NCBI RefSeq assembly: GCF_001194135.2
Contig: NC_068983.1
Location: 74,694,681 to 74,758,680, forward strand
Direction: 5' to 3'
From: Octopus bimaculoides
Lineage: Eukaryota
DNA length: 64,000 nucleotides
Shown: one piece after another, positions 13,216 through 26,235 of the stretch
How positions within the stretch are numbered: the stretch's first letter is position 1
How the letters are laid out: each line of letters starts with the position of its first letter
The notes under the pieces: generated by a model
Told to the model about the DNA's origin: nothing
What the model saw: only the letters and a program-made list of their open reading frames with translations
Database searches by the model: none
Position numbers and translations under genes: made by a program

Positions 13216-13290
<75 letters not shown>
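13075..13290. repeat. (CA)n microsatellite containing a 10-N gap
   Basis: Directly visible. Confidence 0.95.
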
Positions 13291-13293
<3 letters not shown>

Positions 13294-14900
13294 GATCCCT
13301 TGCGTAATGGAAGTAAAGCTGTCCCGAAAATTGTATCGTAATATGAAACTCCGTAATTCGAAATACAGTAACGTGAAATAAACTTTGGCATTGATTTTCA
13401 TTGTTATAAAATGAAATTCGTTCCGACCAGTTTTCATGGGTTGGTGGGGAATAAAGAGAAAAGTATAAAAACAAGCAGCACAACCACTTATGCATGAAAA
13501 TAACAATTCATAAACATACACAATGCAATATGCTTATATAGTATTTGAAGAGAAATGCGTTAGGGAATAAATAATGATTTTACTATCGTAATAGGTTCCG
13601 CTCTTACCACAAAAATGTTGACTACTGTGTGATGGTAGAAAGAGAGAAAGAGAGTTGTTGAAAGGTTGCGGGACGCTCACTCCTCTCTAATAACTCATCA
13701 TCATTAACATCAACATCTGTTTGAGGGTGAAGAATTTATACAAAGTTGTTTGATGTTTATGGCGCGTGTAGGAACTGAGCTAGTTGTAAACCCCTCTTAT
13801 AATTTTTATGTCAGCTTCCCGATTGGGGATGTTGCTAGCAACATCTATCAAACATCCATCAATAAGAGCTAACCCATTTGCCAAAGTTCTTTGTAGTCAC
13901 TTTAAGTGAAATTGGTTGAATTTCCATTTTCTTAACTTGTTCCTCTAACAGGGTCAGCTACTTTTTTTTAATAAACTTTCTCGGTGGGATACTGGGAATT
14001 TATCCGCATAATCCTCAATGATTTCTAACCCTTCATCAGAATATCTCTCTCAATTTGATGTAGTCTTGCTGCTTGTAGAAATAAGTCACAGATACGGCCT
14101 GGCCATATATATTTTATCGAACCCAAAGTTATGCATACCATGTTTTATGTTAAGCAGCTACTCCCAAGAAACGTTATATATAGCCTTAATCTTCCCTGTC
14201 AACTGCATTCTTAAACTGTTTGAAAGTTCATTGATAGTATGCCTTGAAGTTAACTATCACTTCTTGATCTATTGGCTGGAGCAAAGATATATTGTTAGGG
14301 ATATATTTTACTTTCACATTATAAGAAGGCTCGTTTAAGTTCACTATTTGTCTTGGTGCAGTGTCTAAGAATAATGTTTTATTGCAAATATTGTCTGACG
14401 TTGTATCTTTCAACAGCAAGACAAAAGTACTTTAAACTAATCTTCAAAAAGGCCCTCTGTCACCCATGCCTTCTTATTTTACACTTAATCAGAGGTAGAT
14501 TAAACTTTACGTAATCCTCGAAAGGTGCTGGTTTTTCAGAGTGATATACGAATGGGTAGGGGCTTTAATTCCATATCACCAGCGGCAGTTACTCCCAGAA
14601 GTTTCTTCGGACAATATTTGGCAGCTTTAAATTCTGGTGTTGATATTTTTTTTCTTGAGAAATGCTATAAGTTCTAGTAGGCGTGCACTTACAGAAAAGT
14701 GTAGTTTATTTTAACATTGTGTACTTGCTCTGATCTCTAGCCTCCTTCATCAATAATTTCCTTCAGTTGCGCAGTATAATTTTAGCAATGATGGATTAAA
14801 TTAAATCCATTATGCCAAAAGACAACCTTTTCACTCTTTAGACAAAGCATTCCTTATTTTTTCAAATATTTATTGAAGAGTGGGGTTGAGTGTGGTGGAG
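13291..14900 (-). mobile_element. Tigger/pogo DNA transposon remnant with decayed DDE_1 transposase
   Basis: Minus-strand pieces QLKEIIDEGG*..EQVHNV, TPEFKAAK, AGDMELKPL..YHSEKP, NKKAWVT and LFLDTAP...YIPNNISLLQPIDQEVIVNFKAYY match Tigger/pogo transposase motifs. A terminal repeat begins cagggatccct at 13291. Many stops and frameshifts; other end not found. Confidence 0.85.
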
Positions 14901-14984
14901 AGCTGCTGCGATCTCAATTTGTTTTGTTATTATACATGATGTGAATGTATTCTTTCTTCCTGTTGCTTTGCTCCAGGCCATGGT

Positions 14985-15295
14985 CGTGAGAATCTAAGGA
15001 CAACAGCAACCAAGCCATACCCATTCAGTTTCTTTCTAAGAATTATAATATCCAGACTGCTCCACCCAATATCTCTCCATAAAGTGTGATTACGGGTAGA
15101 GCTGGCTGAAATATTAAATCAACTACAGAGCCTCAACATAAAGGAGCAAACAGCACAGATTCTGTCGATGGCTGATTCATTGCTACAATCTCTAGGTTCA
15201 ACAACGGACTGGTATAGAAATATATGGCTTAACCAGTGAGGAACATATTTTACATTTTGAACGTGATCATACTTAAAATATTCTGAACCTACTCC
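14985..15295 (-). mobile_element. Diverged SINE-like remnant
   Basis: Patchy similarity to the diverged SINE-like copies near 46500 and 46830. Confidence 0.35.
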
Positions 15296-15303
15296 GCTTC
15301 CTC

Positions 15304-15304
15304 G

Positions 15305-15345
<41 letters not shown>

Positions 15346-15355
15346 NNNNNNNNNN

Positions 15356-15388
<33 letters not shown>

Positions 15389-15398
15389 CACTACTACT
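15304..15398. repeat. (TAC)n microsatellite with 10-N gap
   Basis: Directly visible. Confidence 0.97.
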
Positions 15399-17574
15399 TT
15401 TTCTTATTCTCCGTTTCTTTCTCTTCCACGTTTTCTTCATCCTTCCGCTTCTACAGCTGAAAATGCATTCGTGTATTTATGAACCTGTGACTTATTTCAA
15501 AAGTAGTCACAGATTTACACTCTTTGTTTTATTTATAAGTATCTAAATAATATTTACAAGTTCTAAACCCTACAGGAATGACATTATCAATAAATATAGA
15601 AATTTACAAATAAAACAAATTCATTGATAAATTTGATCGATACACACTAACTTAATCAATGGAGTCAATCTGGTTTATAATGAAGATGAAGTATTCCTGG
15701 GAATCAATAGCAACAGCTCTCAACTGCAGTTTGAAGGAAATTAGCTCTTTAAGCAAATACTAGGAAGTTTGTATGTATTTTAAGTAGATAATTTTGCTGA
15801 GTATAGTCAGAAGTGTATGAAACTCAAGAGGATTAATATAGTAGCCATTTAAGGAATTTTTAATATCTAATTAATGATCAATAATCTGAAAACGTGACTG
15901 TAGAAGTAAATAATTTCACTGTTGATCAGCCTATAAATAATCGAGACGAATATATTTCTTTCAATTCTTAGAATTCGAAAACTAGCCAATCATAATACAA
16001 ATATTATTTTGGTGGGATGCGTACTCTACGTTAAATTACTACTATGTATAATATATGTATATATTTGACAGTGTACCTTCTTCCACAGCTAATACATTAT
16101 ATATAAATAATCCAGTAACTCCACCTACATAAAACAATAATAAGTTATTATATTTAATGCAGGAAGCATTAAACATTAACAAAATAAAACTAAAATATAA
16201 CAGGAGTTGCCTCCTATTATATCCGAAAAATGAAAATATTAGCCACATATATGTTTCTAGTTAGCGTTCTTTCAATATCCCTTTATTATATATGTTAACA
16301 TTAACTTAACTATTACACATAAAGTTTATCTAATGACTCTTATTATCTAAAATGCATTTCTAAACTCACACAATCAAACCATATCTCTGTTCGAAATATG
16401 CTTTGTAATTTATGATCAATTTTAATAGACCAAATCTTCTTAATAGCTTAACAAAAAGTAATAAATCTTAGAGAACATATTAAGATATTTTGAAAGAGCA
16501 TTCGGAAGTGCATTACTAAACACTCGTTTTAAAGTTTGGGAATCATATTTGTTTATAAGATTTTTTTTTTAATACCAATGACATGCAAATATACCAAAGA
16601 ATATATTGGCTTAAATGATTTTGGCATACTATCAAAGATAGCATCTAATGTAGAATTAAATCTTCAGCAATTGATATATTATCCTCGAAACACAATCGAA
16701 GTATGTCAAGCATTTGGATTTTTGTGTTATTTTTTTTATCTCGTTTGCATTTTGCACTGATTTTGAAAACCCAGTTTCAATTTAGCAGTTATCTGTAGAA
16801 TATTATAATATCGTTAACCACATGTTTCTTTAATACCAAATGGTGCTCTTGTTCCTATATCAAAATACACAACAACAAAAAGAACATCGTTTATGATAAA
16901 ACACTTTCTTTGCTACATACTAAGTTTTGTGTTGAACGTTGTCCTCAAAGTATGTTTCTTTTGGGGCCAGTCACTATTTTGATTTCCTGCAGTGTTTCTA
17001 TAACTATGGAGCTAAATATGATATGTATACCATTCAAAGTTATTGCTTCTGAAAGTCGAGAATTAAAAAAAATCTCGCTCTGTTTATTGGTATGATTTTT
17101 GTTTTCGCATTATTGATTCATTCTTTACCTCTATCAGTATATGTATGCGCTTATATTTGTTTCTTATATATTATTTGTAATAGTTTTCTTGAATTTTGTC
17201 TGTGATATATCCCTTGTACATCTGTAACTCTGCGACTATTGTATTCTTTGGAGATAGCCGGTGGACATGCATACTTTACTGCTGTGCAGAGAAAAATATC
17301 TCATTTTCAGAAGTAACTTTGCAATTTCATATATGTCTTGTGATTAACTATATTAAAACTGCATGGGAGAGAATCAATGTAATGGTACACACAAATTCGT
17401 TTTTTATTTTCTTGTTTGCATTAAGCCCCTTCGATGCTAGCTACTATGTTCCGTTACTGTATGTTATTCATTCGTCATATTTTTTTCCGGTTTAAATAAT
17501 TTTCTACTTTTTTGTCCTGGATATTATGCATCAATTTCTGAACAGTGAATAACGTTGTAATATTTAGATTTACG

Positions 17575-17762
17575 TTAAGGCGACAAAATACTTAGCGGTA
17601 TTTTGTCTTTACGTTCTGAGTTCAAATTCCGTTGATATCGACTTTGCTTTTCATCATTTCGGAGTTCGATAAAATAAGTACTAGTTGATCATTGGGGGTC
17701 GATATAATTAACTTAAACTCACCCCGAAATTGCAGGGTTTCTGCCAAGGTTTGAAACCAATT
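17575..17762 (+). mobile_element. SINE family A, head partly deleted
   Basis: cttagcggtattttgtctttacgttctgagttcaaattcc...gataaaataagtactag...tttgaaaccaatt. Confidence 0.8.
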
Positions 17763-18111
17763 CTTATACTTATGTTTTTGCTGAACTTTTCGATTGTTTC
17801 AAAATATTGATTCAATATGGTTGCATAAGCAAACGAACTCAAATAATACATGTGGAATATATAATACGACTTTTATTATGCTGTAACTATACATATTCTA
17901 TCTTCCGGAGCACTTCAATCAACATTATAAACGCAATATAACGATGCGACTGTTATAATAAAATTGTCTGATGATGTCAGTAATGTCATTGATTATCTAT
18001 GTAACTGCCGAATTTATATTTGTTATACTTTATTCTTACAGTTATTATAAATGGTTAGAGATTATTTTCGAATTTCACAAAATTTAATGGTAATAATTAG
18101 TGCTCTATAAA

Positions 18112-19495
18112 TATTATTATTATTATTATTTACTTTTAATCTGCATGTTTGTTACAATCACTTGCCAAGACACACCCAGCATCCTGGGGCGAGTGAAGGA
18201 TAAGAGATGTTACATTTTCACTGAAAGCTTGGGGAGGGGAAGTGGCAGGGGTTGAAGCGAAATTTCTTCATGTAATACAACACAGACATTTAAATGGATA
18301 AAGTATTTCTAAGGATGTGGATAGTACTTGTCAGTACAATCTTTTAGAATTCTCTGAGACATGGTTCACCTGGGACTTTATCTAGATGTTTCTGACGTCT
18401 CTTTTTAATCATACCCAGAGCACCTTCAATAACAGGAACAGTTCTCGCTTTAAGATGCCACATCTTTTGTATTTCAATTTCCAGGTCCTTATATTTACTT
18501 AATTTGTCAAATTCTTTTACAGATATATTTTTATCAATGGAAATACGTACATCTATTAGTCTACAAGTGTTTTTTTTTTTGAAGTCTTTAATAATTATGT
18601 CTGGTCGATTAGATTGGATTGTTCTGTCAATGTTGACTGGAAAATCCCAGTAGATAGTGACATTTTTACCTTCAACGACTGGCTCAGGTTAACACTCATA
18701 CCCGTAAGCAAGAGTGCTGATTTTTTAGTGTTTACATATTTCCCAATGTAAATGCTGTCCTAGCCTATCGTGGCGATTTTTGTATTCGTTTGAAGAACGT
18801 TAGCCTGGTAGTTTCTGGTGATCAAGCTTTTGATATTGTGCAACCACTATGAAACCTTCAGTCTTTGCTTTCAGTCCTGAACTTCTCAACCATTGATGGG
18901 TTGTTGCTTGGTCTACATCAGTATTTCGACTTCGAAGTGCATATTGTCCATGCAGAGGCTTCTGGCTCGACCGCTCCTCAATTTGTTTCTTAACGTTCTT
19001 TTTTGCAGCTTGCTTGATCCGTTTTGTTTCTTTTGTGGCAGCGGTTTCCAGTTTTTAAAATATTTCAGTGTTAATGCCAAGTTCCCTTGCGGATTTGCAA
19101 GCTTCCTTGACAATAGAATATGATTTCTTGCTGCTTTCGTGTTTGCAGAAGAGCTGCAGCGTCCAGTCCTCTGTACTAGATAATTACCTGTTCACTGCTA
19201 TTGTCACCCAGCTGGGTACTGCACCTTCCTGCAAGCACCCATCTAGCTGTTGCGCTATCCTTTCATGGAGCCCTCTTGGCTTCTTCATCCAATAATCTTG
19301 GACCCCATCCGGTCCTTATCTCCCCGAACTTGGGATATTTTTAACTGTTTCTTTTTAATATTTTCTGTAGTTGTCTTTATCTTCTTGGCCTTCTATATTT
19401 CTTAACCTATCTTGGGTATCATATAGCCACTCCGCTTCATCATTATGCTCTGCATGTTGGTCCCAGATCCCTCTCCAGAATGCCCTGCTCTCCTC
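18112..19495 (-). mobile_element. R4/Dong-clade non-LTR retrotransposon, 5'-truncated and internally deleted, with (TAA)n tail
   Basis: Minus strand: FWRGIWDQHAEHN..., GPDGVQDYWMKK (RT N-terminus), a jump to post-RT KPLHGQYALRS...QWLRSSGLKAKTEGFIV, then the restriction-like endonuclease YWDFPVNIDRTIQSNRPDIIIKD...LIDV...KYKDLEIEIQKMW...VPVIEGALG, a 3' UTR and (TAA)n at 18112-18131. Confidence 0.9.
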
Positions 19496-20764
19496 TGACT
19501 AGCAAAAACATTTTATTCAACCGAATAATGTGAAAAGTGATCGAGAGATGGTGTAGGTCACATATCTCTGTATGACGCAGAACGAACCAGTTTTCTGATG
19601 CCATCAAAAGAAAATTCTGAAATAGCTCTAGCTGATGTGCAGACCAATATCTTTTCTATGAATCGGGGTAGATCTTACTAAACTTTATGCTTTGCTTTCA
19701 TAATTGAGATCAGTGTAAAGAAGCAAACCGAACTGGTGTGTCAAGTCCCTGGCCATATACTGGTTCCGCAGTATATATGCTGGGTGCCAATGTACGTATA
19801 CATACTAATGACCACAAAGACTAAAGAGTTACTAAGTTATTCTTAATCTGTGAGAGAGAGAGGGGGGGTGAAAGAAAATGCCAGGGGACTAGTGATTAAG
19901 GCTGAAGGCTGAGTGACCACACGTCATTAAATAAGATTTGTGGACTTTTTCCCGAAATCGGATATCTGCCAACAAGCTTTCTTCCACGATCTGTCGTCTC
20001 AACATCAGCAATACTTCATAGAAACGAGTAAGAAAGTGTGGGTTTAGTGCTATAAGCGTTCAGATTGCTTCCCTAATATCTGGTCTATTGTTCGGTGACT
20101 GCCCGTGGAGCTGGCCACCTTGTCTGCAAACATCATACGGTAACTCACATTCTTCTTCGAAAGTGAAAATATGTTAGTTTCGATATTCGGTGATTCCCTT
20201 AGTTGGTACTACCATTACCATTATCGACATTCGGTGATGATTTTTTTCTGCTATGGAGCAAACAAGAAATTTCTGCTAGCAGCTGGAGACAATGTGTGAA
20301 AAATATATTTCAGGTAAAACTTAATTAGTAAATCCTAGGCCGTGTTCGAGTAGTTTGAGCCGGTTCAGATAGATTACTTCCCGAAAGTACTTGGGAAAAA
20401 GAAACAAAAATGAACATCAGAATCAACAGCAAGTGCCAGAAGTTAGTGTCTCCAGAGCACCATTAATTTGCACAAACCATTGTTGCAAAAAAAATCACAT
20501 AAATCTCTCTTCAGTCCCAGACGCCAACGACGAAGAAGTCAAATACTCTTGTACCATGTAGTAAAGGGAAAAAGGAATAGGACGCCTGCTCCACTTGTTT
20601 GAGGGTTTTTTTTCAAACGAAGTATTGAGGGAGGATTTGAATGATCTACAGGAAGAGTTAAGTAAATATTTGTGATGAAACAGACTCCCATCGCGTGGAG
20701 CATCAGAAGATAAGTTTCTTGTGAAAACCCTTTTTGGTTAATGCTGTCCTAAAGTTATTTATCC

Positions 20765-20852
20765 ATTATTTGTTATAAAACAAAAGTTATTAATACATTA
20801 TTTGTTATAAAACAACTGAAGTTATTTATAAATTATTTGTTATAAAACAACT
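20765..20852. repeat. Minisatellite: three copies of ttatttgttataaaacaa with ~32-35-bp period
   Basis: Directly visible. Confidence 0.85.
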
Positions 20853-20859
20853 TTCTATC

Positions 20860-21615
20860 TACATAATGCCTTGTCTACCTATATTAGTAGTGAGTATAAT
20901 ATTTCTACGTAAGATTTTAGATGATGTATTCTTTAAGCAGCAGTTATCTTTTTGCTTTCTGTGTAGGATTGTTAATTCATTTAGTATCGAATGGAGAGTA
21001 TCATAACTATAACTTATTAATGGGACATCCAGATTATTGACAATCATTATCTTACATGTTACAGTTAACTGCGCCCTCCTTGTTTTTAGCATCAAGCTCG
21101 TACATGTATGATATTCCTTTCTAGTTTATTACTTCCATTTGCCTATTTCATTAATTGCTAATATTTATAATTCCTTTTGATTAGTGTAATCGTCTTATCT
21201 CTGTCTCATTATCTAACATGGTAGCGCTCTTAATTAATTTCTCCATCTGCGATGTTGCCTTAAGCCATTTTTCTCATTCTAATTTAATGTCAATACTTCC
21301 AATAAATTTGTGAAGTTTCTGTAATGGTTTTTCTGTTTGTTTATTGCCTGAAACATATAGCTCGAGGTCGTCCATCATTTAAATCATATCTGCTTTAACA
21401 TGTTGCATACGTTTTTGCGCTAAGAAGAATGGGGGTGTTGAGAGCGAGCCACCTCGAAGTATTTCTCTGTAGATGAAGCTAATGTTTATGATTTGCTATA
21501 TCATCATTCTCGCACATTTAGATGGCTATTTACATACTCTGAGACAGTCAGGTGTCGGTTCCAGCTTGCTTCTTCAGTATTTTCTTAAATATCTCTATAA
21601 TATAACTTTTTATGT
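20860..21615 (-). mobile_element. R4/Dong-clade RT core and post-RT remnant
   Basis: Degenerate RGIFQGDSLSP-like (agagaaatacttcgaggtggctcgctctca) and MMDDLELY (YMDDLKLY-like) motifs, followed by KIMIVNNLDVPLISYSY (cf. NKI.AIN..AVPV..YS). Confidence 0.7.
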
Positions 21616-21617
21616 CC

Positions 21618-22037
21618 TTACTCTTTTACTCTTACTTGTTTCAGCCATTTGAATGTGGCCATGCTGGAGCACCACCTTTAGTCGAGCACATCGACCCCAG
21701 GACTTATTCTTTGTAAGCCTTGTACTTATTCTATCGGTCGCTTTTGCAGAACCGCTAAGTTACGGGGACGTAAACACACCAGCATCGGTTGTCAAGCGAT
21801 GTTGGGGGGACAAGCACAGACACACAGACATATACACACACATACATATATATATACATATATACGACGGGGGGGGGGGGCTTCTTTCAGTTTCCGTCTA
21901 CCAAATCCACTCACAAGGCTTTGGTCGGCCTGAGGCTATAGTAGAAGACACTTGCCCAATATGCTACGTAGTATGACTGAACCCGGAACCGTGCGGTTCA
22001 TAAGTAAGCTGCTTATCACACAGCCACTCCTATGCCT
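21618..22037 (-). mobile_element. SINE family B, full length (tRNA-derived head, central TA/TG tract, (AAGAGT)-like tail)
   Basis: Head aggagtggctgtgtgataag...ggttccgggttcagtc...ttgggcaagtgtcttc with Pol III A/B-box-like motifs; degenerate TSD tXtgtcctt on both sides; interrupts the R4 remnant. Confidence 0.92.
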
Positions 22038-22039
22038 AT

Positions 22040-22800
22040 TTGTCCTTGATAAATATTTAAACCATTTTGGGTTTTACTTAAGCCTTTGTAGAATCTGGAT
22101 CATTTGTATTTACATGGTATTTTGCAGTTGTCCAGTTCCTGTGTTTGTTGTTTTGAATAAGTGCATTTTCTTCACTCATGATACTGTTCCCCACAAATTC
22201 TTCTACTTCGCTTGCTTTCTATTTCTAAACAGTTTTGTGTTGGAGTCGATCTGTCTGATTTGTTCAAATGATCTTTGTCACTATTCGTAACGAAAAAATC
22301 TCTTGTTTAAAGCGTTCTTGATTTTGGATAATTCTTTTTTACTTTTATTTCTTGGTTTCCTTTTTTTACTGTGACTTTACATTGTTATTTCAATTAGTGT
22401 TGAGAGATCTTTTATTTTCTTTATCTTTCTATGTTTGTTTTACATGCTTTTTGCTTGGTTTGTTGTATTCTCATATGAGTAGATCCAAAAGAGCTTCCGC
22501 TTTCCGTTGTAACTGCCATGGCTGCTGCATACATTATTTCGTTTAACTTTTGATGTTTGTCTCCATTTTCAATAAGATTACTTTGGTCAGGTTTGTGTTT
22601 ATTATGACTACTGTTACATCCTTATTGAGCTTTATATTCTCGTTCTTCTAAACTATTCTGCAATGATTTCTACTTTTAATTCAGTATATTTCGAGATTTT
22701 CTATTTCTTTCCGTACCATGTTATTTTCTGAAGAAATGCCAACGTGCGCTATGAGACATTCTCTTTTTTCCTTATCATGTATATCATGTATAATATCTGG
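22040..22800 (-). mobile_element. R4/Dong-clade pre-RT ORF remnant
   Basis: MYAAAMAVTTE and EVEEF motifs typical of the region upstream of RT in R4/Dong ORFs; continues into 20860-21615 across the SINE. Confidence 0.6.
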
Positions 22801-22849
22801 CATACGTTGTTTAAATATTTTATCCGTCTGGATGTGAAAATCATGTCGT

Positions 22850-23900
22850 CTTTTGGCTTACTAGGTTCATTTAGAGCTCTCTATAGTACATAATTGTACT
22901 ACTTCCTGGAAGTGTTGCACCTAAAATTTCTTATTCAGTGATCAGAATAAAATGAGATGAACCTCTTGATTCTGTCCTTTGTATTTTTAGCTGAACAAAC
23001 GTTTTACAATCTGCTACAATATCATTAATATTTTCGACTGGATGGTTACATAAGCAACATTTATTTATTGTGAAGTAGTGCACTAAATATCCCGGTTCAC
23101 TGAATTAGTATTAAATGTTTGATCTTGAGCTGCTACAAACTCCTAGTTTCTCTTTTTAAATCCCTACTCTGGATTCACTCCACTTTTATCTTTTCGAAAT
23201 GTAAAAGTTTTTCATGATTCAAGATTTTTTTCACATTCTTGATAGCTCTATGTCCATATAACAGCGTTTCTTATAAGTTTCCTTTCTTTGAAAAATTATT
23301 CTATTTCCGCATACTCAACACAAGCCCCAGTTCTAGTGCTGCAATTTTAGCGAGCTCTTCATTCACTCTTTGCTAGGTAGCGTTTTATTGACCGTTGGTT
23401 TCCATCCATATAATCAGAATGGCTAATATATTTTCTTTCCCCCCCCCCAACATTACGTTCCATACATAAAGTATTGGCATATGCTATCGGATGAAGCATT
23501 CCATTCATAGATTATGCATCTATTTTCATATTTTGTCCGGTTCACTATTCCAGTACTATGACATACCTCGTAATCTTCCAGATATTGACCGTATGTATCG
23601 AATTCTATCTGTTTAGTTGGAACTTCAACCTAAGCTTTAATCTATTGAAATATATTGTTTTCACTTTTCCTTCATGTTTTATACATAATATCATTACCTT
23701 CCAATACTCCTACTTGTATCAACTGCCATAAATTCATAACGATTCGTTCGTACCTACCAATCCATTTTAATGAGCTCTCTACTCTCACTTTAATATCTAA
23801 CGTCGCACAATTTGATATACCAAACTCCATTCGAATGTAGCTGCAACATACCTTTACAGTGTTAACATATTCTCAGTTTGAGACCCATGTTGACGTTCCT
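22850..23900 (-). mobile_element. Second R4/Dong-clade fragment (RT end to CCHC knuckle)
   Basis: IRMEFGISNCATL (RT motif 7), WIQSRDLKRET..FVAAQDQTFNTNSV and KCCLCNHPVENINDIVADC (decayed CCHC knuckle). Confidence 0.75.
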
Positions 23901-25369
23901 AAGTATCATTACGATAGTTATTAGTGCAGTACAATTAACAAGTCGTAGAAACAGTCAACATGGAAGACACCAATTTTAACAGCTACACTTCACGGTGATT
24001 TCCTCTTCAGCGTGTTATAGCAGCACTGAAAGCATTGAGGTTTTTCAGTTATTCCAGAGATTCTACGTAACACTACAATTCAAGAATGTGATACCATGTC
24101 CTCTGCCGTTTTGAAGCCAATCTAGGCCATGCACAAATTAGGCTGCCTTACTTCGCGTTCATTATCATTTTGTCGATAAGAGGAAGGGCTTGAGCTTTAT
24201 AGAGTGTCATCAATAATTGGTGCCTTTTGAATGTTTCTTGTGCTATGTCAGTTCAACAGGTAGCATATGGGTCTACATCAAATGTTTGTATGCCTTCTCA
24301 ACAAAATTTCCTGTTAGTAACTGCCATAAAATGCAGGTGTTCTGAAGATAATTATCTGAGGTATTTTCTTTTAAAAGATATTTCGTAATCAAAGCTTTTT
24401 ACCCCTTTCCAATCCATTGCAATAAACTTCTTTGTATTTCATATTTAGATAATTTTCGATTATAATAAATGCTGTTAGGTCTATATAAATTCTGTTCAAT
24501 ACCCGTCCTGCATTGTATAATGTTTTATGCAAAATATGAGCACTTACCTGGAGAGCTATTTTCTAGACAGAATTTAGAAGGTCTCCTGAGCAAATCTTCG
24601 ATATTTTTCAATATTTCACAATGCGTAATGCTCCTTTACGTAATTAGGATTTTTCTTGTATTTATTTTCCATTTTTAGATTTTTATATTTATGCTTCGAA
24701 ATATTCATTTGTTATATCACAAAGACTATATTATAACATACAAGGCTGATAAATGTTTTGAGAGGGTGTTCCAATGATATTTACAATCCCTAGTATTACT
24801 AGTTTCTGGTTACCTTTCTTTTTATAAGAAGGTTAAAGATTTGTATTCTTACTGAATTGTCTTCAATTTATCTGAAGACAATTCAGTCAAAAAACGAATT
24901 TATTTGAAGAATTGTGTTTTAGAAGAATTTCCCACGCTTTTACCTTTAAAATAGTATAGCTTGCATCGTTAATGATTGTATTCTGAATCTGATATTTAAG
25001 ATTAAGTAGTCTTCTCTGTCTTTGTCTTCTTGGAATGTACAACCGCCAAATACAATATATATGCTGTATATGAAAGTAGTTTTTTTTTGCAGTAAATTTC
25101 TAATATGGTATTATTAATTCTGCTTAAATATATGCCTGTACAACAAATTAATATGCAGTGTCTTGAGCTAGGAAAGGTGTTCATAATGTTGATGGCATCC
25201 ATAAAATTCCTGCTATTCAAATGTGGTTTCATAACGTTTTGTTTATTTCTGAGTTACATATTTGAGATATAGCTTCACAGATTATATATTTTTAAAATAC
25301 TTACTCGACTATATGATTTTCGATTAACTAATACAAGTTATTTGGTAGTTACCCTAATAACAGTTTATG

Positions 25370-25440
25370 GCAATTTTTTCTAAATAGTATTTTCTATTAT
25401 AGTATTTTCTATAATATTTTCTATAATATTGTCTAAATAA
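25370..25440. repeat. Short tandem repeat, ~12-13-bp unit (atagtattttct-like) x~5
   Basis: Directly visible. Confidence 0.75.
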
Positions 25441-25670
25441 ATATCTTCTGAAGCTCTCCAACAAGATCATATCTACTTTTATACTCAAGCTGACTTCTTT
25501 TACTACATTGATTTCTCATATACATCGTATATACTTTCCACTCCTATATAACTTTGCTTTATGCTAAGCGTTGTTTAGTTTCGAAGCTAATCTTTTCTTG
25601 GAAAAATTAGTGTGCATGTATGTATGTAAATATGTATGTATGCATATATGCATGTGTGCATATATGTATG

Positions 25671-26235
25671 CCATTATTCAGTTCTATTGCAAGATTTCTT
25701 GCCAACAGTGAAAGAGCCAGTTTCTAACCTAGTTCCAAAGCTCCTTCATTGGAATTTCAACATGAACAGAGTATTTTTGCATGTATGTATATGTGCAGCA
25801 TTTGGAGTCAATGCATGTGCATACTTGTATGTTTTGTTCTATGTATACATTCTCATGCATATAAATGCACGTCTAGACATGCGCTTATATGATGAAATTT
25901 TGGTAAGTTTTACAGATTTTTACAGTTCTAGTATTAGCTTGGATCTGTAGATTTCGAATCACCTTCTTTCTGGTTTTGAGAAGAGTAATATATCAATATT
26001 AGTACTTAGGTAATGTATTACGTATCCTAGTACCTCGATAATTACAGGTATAAACCTGAACTTGTATTCTTGATAGAGTAACTGTAGATTCCTCAATAGT
26101 TCAGCATAGGTATTTTCTTTTCCGCTGATCTTTAGCTTTATGCTAACATCCGCTGGGCAGCTGAATTCCGTAACTGTACACAGTTTCTCTTCTCTCTCCC
26201 AAATCACAATGTCAGGCTTCTTATCTTTACATTTG
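25671..26235 (-). mobile_element. 3' end of an RLE-type (R4-like) non-LTR element embedded in (CATA/TATG)n
   Basis: ORF 25959-26276: KPDIVIWEREEKLCTVTEFSCPAD...KENTYAELLRNLQLLYQEYKFRFIPVIIEVLG is a PD-(D/E)xK restriction-like endonuclease C-terminus; tetranucleotide repeat on both flanks. Confidence 0.85.

Noticed and set aside
16000-17500. Multi-TM receptor pseudogene or L1 RT remnant suggested by hydrophobic ORFs
   Set aside because: Hydrophobicity follows from AT/T-richness; only a vague LDAIFDS similarity was seen, with no consistent motif series.
19540-20320. Exon candidates (GHISLYDAERTSFLMPSKENSEIALADVQ; QAFFHDLSSQHQQYFIET; LETMCEKYIS)
   Set aside because: Acceptors are weak or absent, phases are inconsistent, and no peptide is recognisable; cannot be supported without RNA data.
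20765-20852. CRISPR-like array (regularly spaced 18-bp repeat)
   Set aside because: Only three units, the spacers are similar to each other, the context is eukaryotic and there are no cas genes; it is a minisatellite.
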